The notes: generated by a model from the sequence alone, not told the origin. Positions 29,820 through 42,467 are shown, numbered from the stretch's first letter. The stretch is DNA of 64,000 nucleotides from Zygnema circumcarinatum SAG 698-1b (GCA_037447605.1 CM074823.1:806001-870000), one strand, 5' to 3'. Program-made: numbers and translations.

Positions 29820-30028
29820 TCCCCCCAGGCCCCCCCAGACTTAGCCCGGAGCATACTAAATTCCCGAATTTAGTAATACTAAAAGTCAAAGTTTCGTGTA
29901 CGAATTCCGGATCGGGATCCGTGGCTCCGCCGAACCCAGCCGTACCGAAATGCGTACCTGGCCAATGCTTTAATTCGCCCGACAGGCTTACTAAATTCAT
30001 TTGGGCATGTGTTAAATCTGACTCCCCC
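29820..30028 (-). mobile_element. Short copy of the TIR element at 59220-59756, with a single ~110-bp unit
   Basis: The reverse complement of cagacttagcccggag...gtttcgtgtacgaattccgg...ccgtaccgaaatgcgtacc.ggccaatgc...cgacaggcttactaaatt...tctgactccccc matches 59220-59756. Confidence 0.75.
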
Positions 30029-30245
30029 TATTTTTGGTAAGCTGGCAAGATCCGGCCGACGGCCGGCCGGCAGTCGGTCGCCGGCAATTTCTGGCGATAA
30101 TCGTCGGTCACAACAGATACGCCACCTTCCGATCAGGCGCTAGAGAGTCCCTCCATTCATGTGTCCCGTTGTCCTTTCATGCGATGGTGAATGAACTCAT
30201 GTTGTTGTTGAATGTTTAGACTGTGACAAACTTGATTTCGTGATA

Positions 30246-30745
30246 CAGTCTAATCACGTTATAGTGACACTGTTTATAAGAACAGCATGGATATACTGAC
30301 TTTTTTTCCGGGAACGGAATTGCACCACTGCAGATCCTGCGCCAGTAGTGACGCCATTACGGATATAACGACGCTGAAAAGCCCTAATTGTTACTATATG
30401 TTCAAATATGTCGATATTATCCACCCACGTATTGGAATATGCGTTACAAATATATTACGACCGTACACATTATCGACTAATACCGTCAGATATCGACTTG
30501 ACCGTACACATCAACTTGTCCGTACACATGCTCACTAGGGTTCGTACAGTACACACCTACAGTACAGTACCCACGTGACGACTGCCCAAAAAGTACAATG
30601 TACGGTATAAAAGGCGTACGGATGTACCGCAAAAACATATCTAATAACATTGTTACTATAAATGTGAAATGACAAACGGGTCATTACCGATATAGTGACA
30701 CAAACATGTGGGGACCGACACAGCCACTATAACGTGATTAGACTG
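30246..30745. mobile_element. MITE, Tc1/mariner (Stowaway-like), 500 bp, 21-bp perfect TIRs, TA TSD
   Basis: Left TIR CAGTCTAATCACGTTATAGTG (30246-30266); right TIR CACTATAACGTGATTAGACTG (30725-30745); TA on both sides. The homologous empty site tcgtgaTAgtacc is at 10231-10243. Confidence 0.93.
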
Positions 30746-33700
30746 TAGTACCTTGGAACATCTCTAAGGGCGGAAACCACTCGCTAACTATTGGATGGCA
30801 ATGGTTGGATGTCCCAATGGTTCGCAACCATTGGGAATCGTTTGCCAACCATTGGATTCATCATTGGTTGCGTCCAATGGTTTCCAACCGTCAAACCACG
30901 GGAACCAATGGTTGCGAGCCATTGGCCTGCCTACGATTGCCACCCATTGGCTGCCAATGGTTGCCGGTCCCACGGCCGTGCACGTGCAGCCTCACGCAGC
31001 CAGGATATCGGCGATAATGGACCGCATATTCATTAATATACCGATATGACGTCGATAACGATATCGATAACGATATTTCGTACAGACGATGTTGCCCACG
31101 AAAGCCCCTTGTAGCACAAGATAAGTGGGGTTAAACAAAAAGCTGTGAGCTAGCAAATGCAGTCTTTATGCGACCACTTTCAGCGAATCCGTCTCTTTGG
31201 CGGCGTAGGGTTGGGGTGGTCTTTGTGGAGTACACTGCGGCATAGAGCGAGGATCGGGGGATTAGTGCAGCGGCCCGAGGCGTGGGGATGCGAAGGCGTT
31301 CCCGTGGACTTGATCATAAGAGCCCTTTGTAGGGACCCTCCTCCTGTCCTCTCGTAGTCTCTTGGCTAGGCTTCTAGTGATCATTGGTCATTGAGAGTAA
31401 TGCAAGGCAGGATAGAGAAAGATAGGGGCTTGGCATTGTGACAGCAGAGGGTAAACAGGACACATCTTAGATACAGGTGGTATTTTGGAAACTCACCCCA
31501 GCCAGCAGTTGGCTGGGGATAGTCATTACAATGAAAGCATCTTCACACTGAAATCTTTGTCTAGCTGGGCTGAATGGGGCGTCTGTCTTGCTCGACAAGA
31601 AGACTCTTTCTCTCTCTCTCTCTCTCTCTCTCATCTATGGCATGGAACTCTCTCTCTCTCTCTCTTACTTAGCATACATTGCACGTCGAAGGAAGGAAGA
31701 AGAAGAAGAACAAGACAACAAACCTGCGGCAAATACAAATACTAAGCCCGGCACTAAAAAGACAAGCAAGCATCAACTGACATCCCATACACTTGCTGCT
31801 TGACAATAGATCTTGCCCGGAGTCTTGTGGTGGCCAGTCCACGGTGTGGCCTTGCCCGAGAGGCTGGCCCGGCTCGTGGAGCGCCGGATTGGTCACTTGA
31901 AATAAATATATGAGGCGGCCTTAAGGCGGTGTTCCCAGTCTTAAGGCGGATAGTGTGTGCGTTCATTGGACCCGTAGCGCGTAAGCGCGCCTTCTCTCAA
32001 TCTCGTTGGCGGCTCTGGATTCCGGCGTCCGCGACGGAAGGAGGCATATGTCAGAGTACAACTGAGCGGGCCGGATCCGTCGAGCGCGGCTCGGATTGCG
32101 CGCTACCACATCATGCTTTATGCGGGGAAACAGCGCGCCCTAGCGAGCAATGAAGAAAAGACAAAGAGGCGTGGAGAGCCAATATTAGTGGGCGGGGAGT
32201 CGGTGGCCGTAATGGAAGCTGCCGTACGATACGGCAATAGAGGTATGGAAGACGTATGGAAGGGGCGGCCCGGCGGCGAAAATGTGGGCAAAGGGGCCAA
32301 AAGTGGCGGGAAGGGCAGAATTGGCGGCGGGAATTAGAAATGGACCAATGAGGAGTCGTCATGGCAGGGGGGGTACGGAGGAGGCCGCGGTGTCGGTCGC
32401 TAACGGTCAGCCATCGCGGGGGGGCGGAACCGCTGACGTGGCGGCACGAATGTCGATCCAGTGTGAACGCCAGCGCCGGGCGTTCCCACTAGAGTCAGGG
32501 CCCTCCGAAATGATGGCCCAACCTGGGATCTCCGACGGACCGACACAGATGAAGGGGCCCAACCACGGAAAAGCCCGTTGAGTCGGTTTGGCGAGATTCC
32601 TGAGCCAAATGAGCTGATGTGGCGCTACCTGATTGGGCGGGAGAGCGTACGTCGGCGCCTCGAAATCGGTGAGTTGTCGCACATGCGCGTTGAGTGGTGG
32701 GAGGCCATGGAATCTGAGTTTGGCAGAGGCGCCAAGAGGCTGAAACTGCAGCCGATCGGAGGCGATCATCATTAGAAGGGGCTTTCGGCGGAGAGAGAGG
32801 AGGTCGAGGGAATCACGGGGCTACGGCCATAGAGCTTCATGAAGCGAAGCTGTAAATTCGTGCAGTGTTATCACGTGAAGACGGGGAGGGATGACCTCGC
32901 GCTTGATCCGCACTGCGGCTCGGCGCGGCAGCGGACCTGCATCCTTGACCGTCACGAATGGTGGATTACACTGAAGCCGATACGCGGGGAGTAGGGGCGC
33001 TAGAGGTGCGGTGGATGTCTGGAAGTCACGCATCAGCNNNNNNNNNNNNNNNNNNNNNNNNNNNNNNNNNNNNNNNNNNNNNNNNNNNNNNNNNNNNNNN
33101 NNNNNNNNNNNNNNNNNNNNNNNNNNNNNNNNNNNNNCAATTCTTCTTTCTGTGGGGATACGCGTGACAGCATCATACCATGAAGGGCTCTTACCGGCCT
33201 TGGTCGTCCCCTGTTGAAGACGACCAAAAATTGGGCACAGATTCCGAGTGCGTGGAAATGGTTGTTCCTGACTGCCAGGTCGGCACAAAATCATTCACCG
33301 AAAAAAAAAATCTGCCCTTTCATTTTAGAAAACTCTTCATTAATTCCCTATTTTCCTTTTTATGAAGCTTCCACTTAAAATTCGATTTTAAGGGATGTGT
33401 CTGCTCATATTAAATTCTTCCTCCTTATTCATTATTGGGTTTTGACCTCTAAAAAATTGATTTTTCTAACCTTTCTTTATGGTTTTTTTTTTTGCAGTTT
33501 TTGGCAGAGGTTGTAATTCTGGATTTTCCGAAGGACAAGAACTTGATTCAATTGCAAGACAAACCTCCCTCTCCCGATTAAGTCAATTTCGGAAATTTCG
33601 TAGTTTTCGACGGAAGAGAAAGTACAACAAGAGAATAGTGCGCCACGAAATAAACGGGTTACCGATTAAAACGGTTTTTCTCCGTTGCGACCTGTACTCA

Positions 33701-34480
33701 GGCAGTTCAGCCGGTTGAAAACACCCCAGTTTGTCTCCTCCTCCCCCTTCCCCTCTCCCTCCCTCTCCCTCTCTGTCCCTTTCCTCCTCTCTCCCCAACT
33801 CCCTCCCTCGTTGAATGCACTCTGAGTTGCGAGAATTCGATGTTATTACGGTCAAAGGTAAACGGCAGAACTCAAGCAGCCATTACCCCCTCCCCCTTCC
33901 CCTCCTACCTCCCTCTCCCTCTCCCTCTCCCTCTCCCTCTCCCTCTCCCACTTTCTCCCTGCCTGCGCAGCCATCCAACTTGACGTTCTATGTGGAAATT
34001 TGCCAACCGTTACTCCATGATTGTTGAGCAACAATGCCGCTTCAAGCACATTGAAACGATGTTGACCTTTTGATGATTCTTATTTGCGCTTTAGAAGAAG
34101 ACCTCGAAAGCTCTAGGGTTTTGGGAATTTCGAAATTTTACAAATTGGACATTACATTTGAATTGGGTCTTAGTTGATTTGTTGATCAACGCAAACACAT
34201 GGCCGAAAGCTTAGCCGGCTCTCCCTTTCTGACTTTTTCGCTCTTTCGCACCCCTCTCCCTCTCTCTCTACCCCCTTCCTCTCCTGCCTTTCTCCCTCGT
34301 ACTCACCTACTCTTCCCCGAACAAGAGCAACCGGTTAAGGTGTCGGCAAATGTTCCTTACAGTTACATAGGAGGGATATCCAGCACTCTTTCCGGAGAGT
34401 GCAACTATTAGAAGAATTGAGAGAGAGAGAGAGGGCGAGAGAGAGAGAGAGAACGAGAGAGGGTGACTCGTTTTCAGATT

Positions 34481-36040
34481 CTATAGCGCTGAAACAGAGC
34501 TGGTTACGTCTCTTCGTTTTCGCTCCCCACCTCGATTTCCTCCCTCTCCATCGCTCTCCTTCCACTTGTCTGCAATTTGGCCTACCGACTTCAAGTCTCT
34601 CTTCATAGTTGCAATCATGGCCTCCATTCTCCTCTTTTCCGCTAAGCTCTCCTCCGCCTTTTTCTCAGCCGCTCCTCTCTCTGCTTCAGCCTTCGCCATC
34701 ATAATGTTTGCTTCCTCCGCTACGCCCTTAAGAGTAGAATTTACCTTCTCCCTTTCTCTGAGTGATTCCGTTAACTCCCTCACTTCCTTTCCCTTGAAAA
34801 TAATCTGTTTCTCTTGCTCTGCAATTCTCACTATCATCTCATTCGTCTTCTGCTTCAGAGTCCCAATCTCCTCCTCCTTCTCTCTCACTTCTCTCATCGA
34901 GTTGTCTCTCTCTTGCTGAAATATTTCACACATTTCGGCTTTCCCTTTCATCGAATTGATCAATTCATCGCTTTGTTGACGTCTTTTTCGTTCTCTCTCG
35001 AACGCCTCCACCTTCTCGTTTACAATTCTAACCAACTTCTCGTTTTCTTTCTCAAGACTTTCAATTGTTTCCACCTTTTTAAACAAAGCTTTTATCAGTT
35101 CGTTCTCGTTCTCCGATTGGACCTGCCTCACAATCCTCTTTCTCTCTCTCTCCATCCTCACCTGCATCTCCTTCTCCTTCTCAGCAAGCTCAGCCACCTT
35201 TTTCCTTAACTCATTGACTGTTTCATCCTTCTCTTTCAGTTTTTTCACGAACCGTTCCTCCCTCTCTTTCAACTCCTCAACCTTCCCTGCTTTCTTTTTC
35301 ATTTCTTCCACTAACTCATCTTTCTTTCTTAACTCTGACCTTACACTGTCGATGACCTCCTCCTTCTGCTTTAAACTGTGACTCAACCCCTCTTCCTCAT
35401 TCAACAACTTCTTAATCATCTCCTCCTGCCTCTCCCTCACTTCGTCCTCCGTCTTTCCCTTATCCTCCATTTCAAGTCTTCGCAGCGACTCCTCCCTCTT
35501 CTTCCAAGAGAGCCACAACCTTCTCTCCACCTCCAAATCCTGCCTCTCCTTCATAACATCCTTACGATTTCCAGTTTTTCTCTCTACTACCGTCCCAACA
35601 TACGCATCCCCAGCACTTGTAGTAATCACACTTTCCCCATTTTCCTGCTCACTTCCACTCATATCCTCAACTATTTCACCTCCCTCCCTCCTCCCAAACT
35701 GCCCTCCTAACGCTCTCCTCCCCCCGTCACCACCTTCATCCCTTCCTTCCGCTTCCCTTTCGTTCTGTCCAATCGACCGCTCAGCAATCCCCATGTTTTT
35801 CTCCGATGGTAACTCCATTGTCGTGCTGCTTGTACCTCCCTTTCCAGCCCCATCCCTTCTATTGCGAGTCCCTCTATCGTCCAGTAATCTGAAGAAGCGG
35901 CTCATCACATCTTTTCCATGAAGAACATTTCCCGAAGTTCGGCGCCATTGTCCAGCAGAGGAAGGTCTGCCTGTACGGCCGGGAGAGGGAGGGAGGGTGC
36001 TGCCTCGCTTTCTTCTGTCTTCGTTATCTGTGCTCTCCAT
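34481..36040 (-). CDS. Uncharacterised E/K/R-rich coiled-coil protein, paralogue A (large single exon)
   Basis: 519-aa ORF with non-microsatellite composition and long heptad-like runs, preceded by a (CT)n-ended acceptor near 36057. It is homologous to 38432-40045 (GQFGRREGG, LE.ERRLWL, EVRERQEEMI, VAEEANIM..KAEAE.GAAEKKAEE.LAE). Confidence 0.75.
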   Translation of the reverse strand: MESTDNEDRRKRGSTLPPSPGRTGRPSSAGQWRRTSGNVLHGKDVMSRFFRLLDDRGTRNRRDGAGKGGTSSTTMELPSEKNMGIAERSIGQNEREAEGRDEGGDGGRRALGGQFGRREGGEIVEDMSGSEQENGESVITTSAGDAYVGTVVERKTGNRKDVMKERQDLEVERRLWLSWKKREESLRRLEMEDKGKTEDEVRERQEEMIKKLLNEEEGLSHSLKQKEEVIDSVRSELRKKDELVEEMKKKAGKVEELKEREERFVKKLKEKDETVNELRKKVAELAEKEKEMQVRMERERKRIVRQVQSENENELIKALFKKVETIESLEKENEKLVRIVNEKVEAFERERKRRQQSDELINSMKGKAEMCEIFQQERDNSMREVREKEEEIGTLKQKTNEMIVRIAEQEKQIIFKGKEVRELTESLREREKVNSTLKGVAEEANIMMAKAEAERGAAEKKAEESLAEKRRMEAMIATMKRDLKSVGQIADKWKESDGEGGNRGGERKRRDVTSSVSAL

Positions 36041-36055
36041 TTGAAGGAATGTGCC

Positions 36056-36139
<84 letters not shown>

Positions 36140-38431
36140 CCTCGGCCCCTTGTGGCCGCCGTTACCGGATTTGCCTGATTATTTTTGTAAAAAATTTGTT
36201 TGCGACGCAAAATGTCAACTTACCGCAACCGGATTTGCCCAGTATTGCGAGTATTCTCTAGTAAATAAGATATTTCATTCCGAGACTCTTTATTTCTTAC
36301 TCAATATTCAAAGTCTGAAAGCGACGCGACGCAGTTTTGTCCGTGCAAGTTGCCGACTTGACAGTGTTATGGGGTGGTTTCCATGAGGCTTACTTTCGAC
36401 GGCTGAACCAACTGGAAGTTGCCACGTATGCACATTGTCCACGTGGGGAGTTGTGATTGGATCGTAGGCTCCACGATTTTTTTTTTTTTTTTTTAATATC
36501 CCGTTCTGTGCGCCCATTGTCTCCGCCATACAGCGGGTCCCTGTCACCGCCACGGAAGGAAATCTCTCTCATGTGCATGTCCGGGCCAAAATTGGAATTG
36601 GTGAAGGTCGAGTTGTTGTTGTTGTTGTTGTTTCATGATGACTAATGAGTAATGTGACTTATGACTGAGGGTCAGGACCACGGGTCATGACTTTCTGGTC
36701 AGTTATTTTTTGCTGACCAGAAAACGAGCGAACGCAGTGAGCGCCGCGCTACCGAAGAATAATAGCCGTATCGAGTTGTACCGGAAACGATAATATCGAA
36801 TTGTATCGAAAAAGCATGAAAAGCATGACGCATCTTTTCAAAAATGAGCTTCCAAGATTTTTGAAATCCCGAAACTTGAAGTCTTATTTGATATGTGAGC
36901 CAAAGCAAACTACGGTCAAAAGCCTAGCCGGCTGTCACTCTCCCTCTCCCTCTCTGAAACTCCCGCTCTCTCAAACCCCCCACTCCCTCTCCCTCTCTCT
37001 ACTCCCTCCCTTTTCCGGTCTCTCGCTCTCCTTGCCTCACTCTCTCTCCTCACTCTTAACTGAGTAACCGGTTCAGGCATCAGCAACTGTGATTTACATG
37101 CGATATTGCTACTGACTACATACAGACTCTATGACTGAAGTGTATGGAGCGATTTTTACAGAGAGTACAACAGTAAAGTCTTGAAGGAAGGAGGGGAAGC
37201 AGGAGGGGGAGGAACCTTCCACGCAATTACCCTCCCATTCCAACGACCTTGGTGGTACCGTAGGGAATAGGGGGACTCAGACTTAAAAAAGTTTTCGTAC
37301 GTGCAAATTTCAAAATCGATACCACTCTCGCGCCAAATATCGGAATCAACCGTACTGCTTTCAACACTATTCCTGTATAGGAACATGCTAATTATTTCCT
37401 CCCCTCTTTCCTCCCCTCTTTCCTCCCTACTACTACTACTGTTCACACCATCAACTTGTCCCTGTCACGGCCGCCAAAAGACATCGTCTATTGTACCCGT
37501 CCGTCAAAAAGGAGCCGGCGGCCTTGCACGCGCATGCATGGGAGTCGCCGACCAATCGCGTGCGTCGCAGAGCGAGGGATCGCAGTGTTCGGGTCGCAGA
37601 CAACCGTTCAATGCGCTGACATTAGCCGTACAGAGGTTCTGCTGCAAACAGAAACGGCATTGACATTATAAAGAGCAGAATTTTTCTTACCATTTTTAAG
37701 GACGAAAACCACAACAAACCACAAACCATATTCGATGGTTTCTAGGGCCGTCCAAAAGTTTGAAGTTCTGAAATCTCAAGACTTCAAATATTGGGTGTTC
37801 ATGCTTTCAGTGGGGGTTGAATTTGGCTTTATTTGGTCTGTGAACCCATGCAAACAATGGCTTAAAGCAGACCTACCTCTTTCCCTTTCCTCCCTTCCCC
37901 CCTCCCTCCCTCCCTTCCTGCCTCCCTCCCTCCCTCCCTCCCTCCCTCCCTCCCTCCTCTCTCACTCTCTGTTCCTTTCCGTCTCCCTCTCTGGACTGTC
38001 CGTCTCTCTCCCTTCTACCCTCTCCCTCTCCCACAGGAAGCGAGTAACCGGGCCCTCTGAAGTGAGTGGAACGAAAACTAAAAGATTTGGCAACAAAATA
38101 GATTTAGAGAGAGGGCGACGGAGAGGGAAAGGGAGTGGAAGTGGGAGAGGGAGAGAGAGAGAGAGAAAGAGAGGCAGCAGCAGAGAGAGAGGGAGCCGTA
38201 ACCCCTTCCTTACTCCCTCATCTTCCAACTCAAACACTACATTCCCTTAAATAGTTAGAGCTCTACAAATAACAAAAGAAAGGGAATAGAAAGAAACAAT
38301 AAATTCATTCTCGAAAGTAAAGGGAGTTTCAGATTCTTACATATTCATATTTGGAAAGGTACTGCTCATGTCGCCCCGTTTTCTCTCCACGCTCCCATTG
38401 CCTCCCTCTCCCTCTTCCTCTCCCCCTGCCT

Positions 38432-40045
38432 CTACCTCTCTCCCGCCCTCTTCCCCTCACTCTCCCTCGCTGCCTCCCTCTCGCACTCCCTCGCTCGCTT
38501 TCTCTCCTTCAATTTGTCTCCAATGTTTGATATGAACTCCTCCAAAATTTCGAAGTCTTTTGTCATAGTTGCAATAATGCCCTTCATACTCTTATTTTCC
38601 GCTAAGCACTCCTCCGCCTTCTTCTCAGCCGCCCCCTTCTCCGCTTCAGCTTTTTCCTTCATAATATTTGCTTCCTCCGCTACGTCCTTAAGGGTAGATA
38701 AATTCCCCTCCTTCAGTCTAAGTGACTCTTTTAAATCTCTCAATTCCTGCCATTGGAGAACCATCTGTTTCTCTTTCTCTTCCAACCTAAACTTCATTTC
38801 TAGTCTTAGACTCGCAATCATCTCCTCCCCCTCTCTCCCAAACCTCACCAGCCTCTCATTTTCTATCGCAAGACTTCGAATCTTCTCCACATCCTTTTGC
38901 AAAACATTGATCACTCCATCTCTCTTCTCTATTTCTGATTGGAACTTCGTCACAATCCACTCCCTCTCTCTCTCCATCCTCACCTGCGTGTCCTGCTCTC
39001 TCGCAGCAACCTCGGCCACCCTTCTCAATAAAACATTGATACCTTCTTCCTTCTCTCTCACTTCCTTCACCAACCGCTCTTCCCTCTCTTTGTACTCCTC
39101 AATCCTTCCTACCTTCACTTTCAATTCATCCACAACCTCATCTTTATTCCTTAACTCTGATCTCATACTATCAATAAACTCGTCCTTCTCCTTTAAGCTC
39201 TTCACCAACAGCTCTTCCCTCTCTTTGTACTCCTCAATCCTTCCTACCTTCTCTGTCAATTCATCCACAACCTCATCTTTATTCCTTAACTCTGATCTCA
39301 TACTATCAATAGACTCCTCCTTCTCCTTTAAGCTCTGACTCAACCCCTCTTTCTCTTTCATTAATTCTCTAATCATCTCCTCCTGCCTCTCTCTCACTTC
39401 TTGAACCGCCTGTCTCTTCTCTTCCATTTCCGCTACAACCCTTCCCAACAACTCCTCTCTCCTCTTCTTCTCCTTCAGCCACAACCTCCTCTCCGCCTCT
39501 AAAGCTTCTCTCTCCTCCTCAAGCTCTACAACCACTCCACTCCCCCTCTCCACTACCATCCCCCTCTCCTCGTCCCCATTTCCCCTCATCAAATTAACTC
39601 CCACTTGCTGCTCAATCCCATTGGTCTCCACCATAGACATGTCACCTCCCTCCCTCCTCCCAAACTGTCCTTCTATCGCTCTCCTCACTCCATCACCACC
39701 TCCATCCTGAACCCTCTCCTCCGTTTCGTTTCGGCCCCCCAAACTGTGGACTACCTCCGTATCTCCCTCCGACCTCACCTCTCTCCCTCCCTCACCCTCT
39801 GCTCTGCCTCTGCCACTCTCTCTCTCGTGCTCTCTCTCTCTCACTCCATTTAAACCTTCACTTGCTTCTCCTTTTTCCGGATCCCCCTTTCTAATGCGCT
39901 TTGCTGTACCATCTATGGGTCCATGCACGCTGAGAGGGCTTCGCCCAGAGGGCCTTTGCGTGGAGTTTCGGAGATTATAACGACCGGGAGAAGGGGCAGG
40001 TCTAGACGGGCGGCCGGGTTTGTCGTCTTTCGTTATGCTCAACAT
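38432..40045 (-). CDS. Uncharacterised coiled-coil protein, paralogue B, with an internal 45-aa duplication
   Basis: The ORF from MLSITKDD directly follows an acceptor (ccctcag|ATG). A 135-bp direct repeat at about 39141 and 39276 gives IDSMRSELRNKDEVVDEL..KVGRIEEYKEREE twice. The first ~26 aa of the track ORF are intronic repeat. Confidence 0.75.
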   Translation of the reverse strand: MLSITKDDKPGRPSRPAPSPGRYNLRNSTQRPSGRSPLSVHGPIDGTAKRIRKGDPEKGEASEGLNGVREREHERESGRGRAEGEGGREVRSEGDTEVVHSLGGRNETEERVQDGGGDGVRRAIEGQFGRREGGDMSMVETNGIEQQVGVNLMRGNGDEERGMVVERGSGVVVELEEEREALEAERRLWLKEKKRREELLGRVVAEMEEKRQAVQEVRERQEEMIRELMKEKEGLSQSLKEKEESIDSMRSELRNKDEVVDELTEKVGRIEEYKEREELLVKSLKEKDEFIDSMRSELRNKDEVVDELKVKVGRIEEYKEREERLVKEVREKEEGINVLLRRVAEVAAREQDTQVRMEREREWIVTKFQSEIEKRDGVINVLQKDVEKIRSLAIENERLVRFGREGEEMIASLRLEMKFRLEEKEKQMVLQWQELRDLKESLRLKEGNLSTLKDVAEEANIMKEKAEAEKGAAEKKAEECLAENKSMKGIIATMTKDFEILEEFISNIGDKLKERKRARECEREAARESEGKRAGER

Positions 40046-41619
40046 CTGAGGGAGGCAGGGAGGGAGGGAGAGAGGGAGGGAGGGAGGGGGGGGAGAGATA
40101 GATAATGGGGAAAAAGGGGACAATTATGAAATATATATGTAGTCTTTACAGCAACCGCCTTACGACGGATTTCTACACGCTTTATTTTGGAGGGACTTTT
40201 GAGCCTTTCATTTTTTCACATGCAAACAAACCTGTTGGCATGTAAGATTTGGGACTTTTCAAGTATTCACGATTATCGAAATATTTGTTTTAGGTTATTT
40301 TGATGGCCTTCACTAAAATAAAATCATTTGTTTGTTGAGGGTTTCTTGATGTTCTTTATAAGGAGATATTGGTGTTTTTTTCAGGATAAGTTTCTGGTTC
40401 AGAATACACAGAACTTATTTCCTTGAAAGCTTTGTGAAAGATGATGTTATTTCCGAATTCTGCATTTTGAATGAGGGATTTGAAGTTGCCTTAAGAGACG
40501 TTGTGTTTCTCAGAGGTTATAAAAATACAAAATAAAAGGAAAGAAAACAAGGACGGGGAGAATTAGGGTTCGTAGGGGTACCATCTAAAAGGTTCGAACT
40601 GGAGAGTGCGGGAGACGAGGGAGAAGATGAAGGAGGGAGAGCAGGTGGGGAAGAGAGATGAGAAAGAGGGAGAGGAGAGAGAGGGAGAGAGAGGAGAGAG
40701 AGGGAGAGGAGAGAGAGGGAGAGGATAGAGAGGGAGGGAGAGGAGAGAAAGGGAGAGGAGAGTGAGGGAGAGGAGAGAGAGGAGAGAGAGGGAGAGGAGA
40801 GAGAGGGCGAAGAGTGAGAGGGAGAGGAGAGAGGGGGAGAGGAGAGCAAGGGAGAGGGAGAGGAGAGAGAGGGAGTGGAGAGAGAGGGAGAGGAGAGAAA
40901 GGAAGAGGAGAGAGAGGGAGAGAGAGAGGGAGAGGAGAGAGAGGGAAAGGAGAGAGAGAGGAGAGGAGAGGGGAGAGGAGAAAAGATCAAGGAAAGGTAG
41001 AGAGGGAGGGAGAGCAGGTGAGGTCGAGAGAGGAGGGAGAGGGAGACCAGAGAGAGGGAGACAACGGGAAACGAGAGCGGGAGAGTGAAGAGGGTAAAAG
41101 TGGGGAGAGAGCGAGAGAGAGAGAGAGGTCTATCCGTTTGGGCGTTGCCCTAGCTGGCGGAGAAGCCCTAGAGCCACATACCAAACTGTCGTTTTATCCA
41201 CGTGGAGCAATTAGCCTCGAGTAAATCTGCCACGCAGGACATAACGGCCGGCGACAAGTGGAAAACCGGCCGGTTCCAAACCGGCGATTTGTACATTCAG
41301 CCGGCAGTTTTTCGGATGTGCTCGTTTGTCCTCTTGTGAAGTTGTAGAGGTGGACTGCCGGCCAAAGATTGCCGGTCGAAGCGGCCGGCGCCGTCTCCCT
41401 ACCGGCCCGCCGGCCCTCATGTATTCATGTACAGTGTGTTGTTTGGAGTGTCAACATGGGCTCTAGGGAACTGGTCGTCTACATCTCTACTGTGAACTAT
41501 GTTGTTGGCAGACAATAGAAAACTTGAAATCTGAAAATGTTGCTAAGAGAATCTTGCTGGTCGCCAACCATTTCAATGATTCAGTGGAGAGAGAGGGAGA
41601 CGAATAAGAAAGAGAGAGA

Positions 41620-42467
41620 GGAGAGGAGATCGAGGAAAAGTAAGAGAGGGAGGGAGAGCTGGTGAGGTCGAGAGAGGAGGGAGAGGGAGAGCAGAGAGAG
41701 GGAGAGGAATTAGAAGGAGAGGGAGGAGAGGAGATCAAGGACAAGGTAGAGAGGGAGGGAGAGCAGGTGGGGAAAAGGGAGAAGATGGAGAGGTGGAGAG
41801 AAGAGAGAAGAGGGAGGGAGTGGAGAGAGAGGGAGAGGAATTAGAAGGAGAGGGAGGAGATGTGATCAAGGCAAAGGTAGAGTGGGAGGGAGAGCTGGCG
41901 AGAACGAGAGAGAAGATGGAGAGGTGGAGAAGAGAGAGAAGAGGGAGAGGAATTAGAAGGAGAGGGGGGAGAGGTGATCAAGGCAAAGTTACAGTGGGAG
42001 GGAGAGCAGGTGAGGACGAAAGAGAAGATGGAGGGAGTGGAGAGAGAGGGAGAGGAATTAGAAGGAGAGGGAGGAGAGGTGATCAAGGTGAGGACGAGAG
42101 AGAAGAGGGAGGGAGTGGAGAGAGAGGGAGAGGAATTAGAAGGAGAGGGAGGAGAGGTGATCAAGGCAAAGGTAGAGTGGGAGGGAGAGCAGGTAAGGAC
42201 GAGAGAGAAGAGGGAGGGAGTGGAGAGAGAGTGGGAAAGGAATTAGAAGGAGAGGGAGGAGAGGTGATCAAGGCAAAGGTTGAGTGGGAGGGAGAGCAGG
42301 TGAGGACGAGAGAGAAGAGGGAGGGAGTGGAGATAGAGGGAGAGGAATTAGGAGGAGAGGTGATCAAGGCAAAGGTAGAGTGGGAGGGAGAGCAGGTGAG
42401 GACGAGAGAGAAGTGGGAGGGAGTTGAGAGAGTGGGAGAGGAATTAGACGAAGTGGGAGGAGAGTAA
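41620..42467 (+). repeat. GA-rich minisatellite, canonical unit 105 bp, ~7-8 degenerate copies
   Basis: gaggaattagaaggagaggg recurs at about 41703, 41835, 41947, 42052, 42130, 42237, 42342 and 42438; a partial copy lies near 40985. Confidence 0.8.

Noticed and set aside
33138-34060. Possible exons of a small gene next to the gap
   Set aside because: Candidate splice phases were inconsistent and no recognisable peptide emerged in any frame.
36693-36722. Hairpin TTCTGGTCAG...CTGACCAGAA resembling a terminator
   Set aside because: It is an isolated 10-bp stem in eukaryotic intergenic DNA with no supporting context.
34514-39338. Antisense ORFs (34566-34919, 38514-39338) opposite the coiled-coil genes
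   Set aside because: These are shadow frames produced by the E/K/R codon bias of the real minus-strand ORFs.
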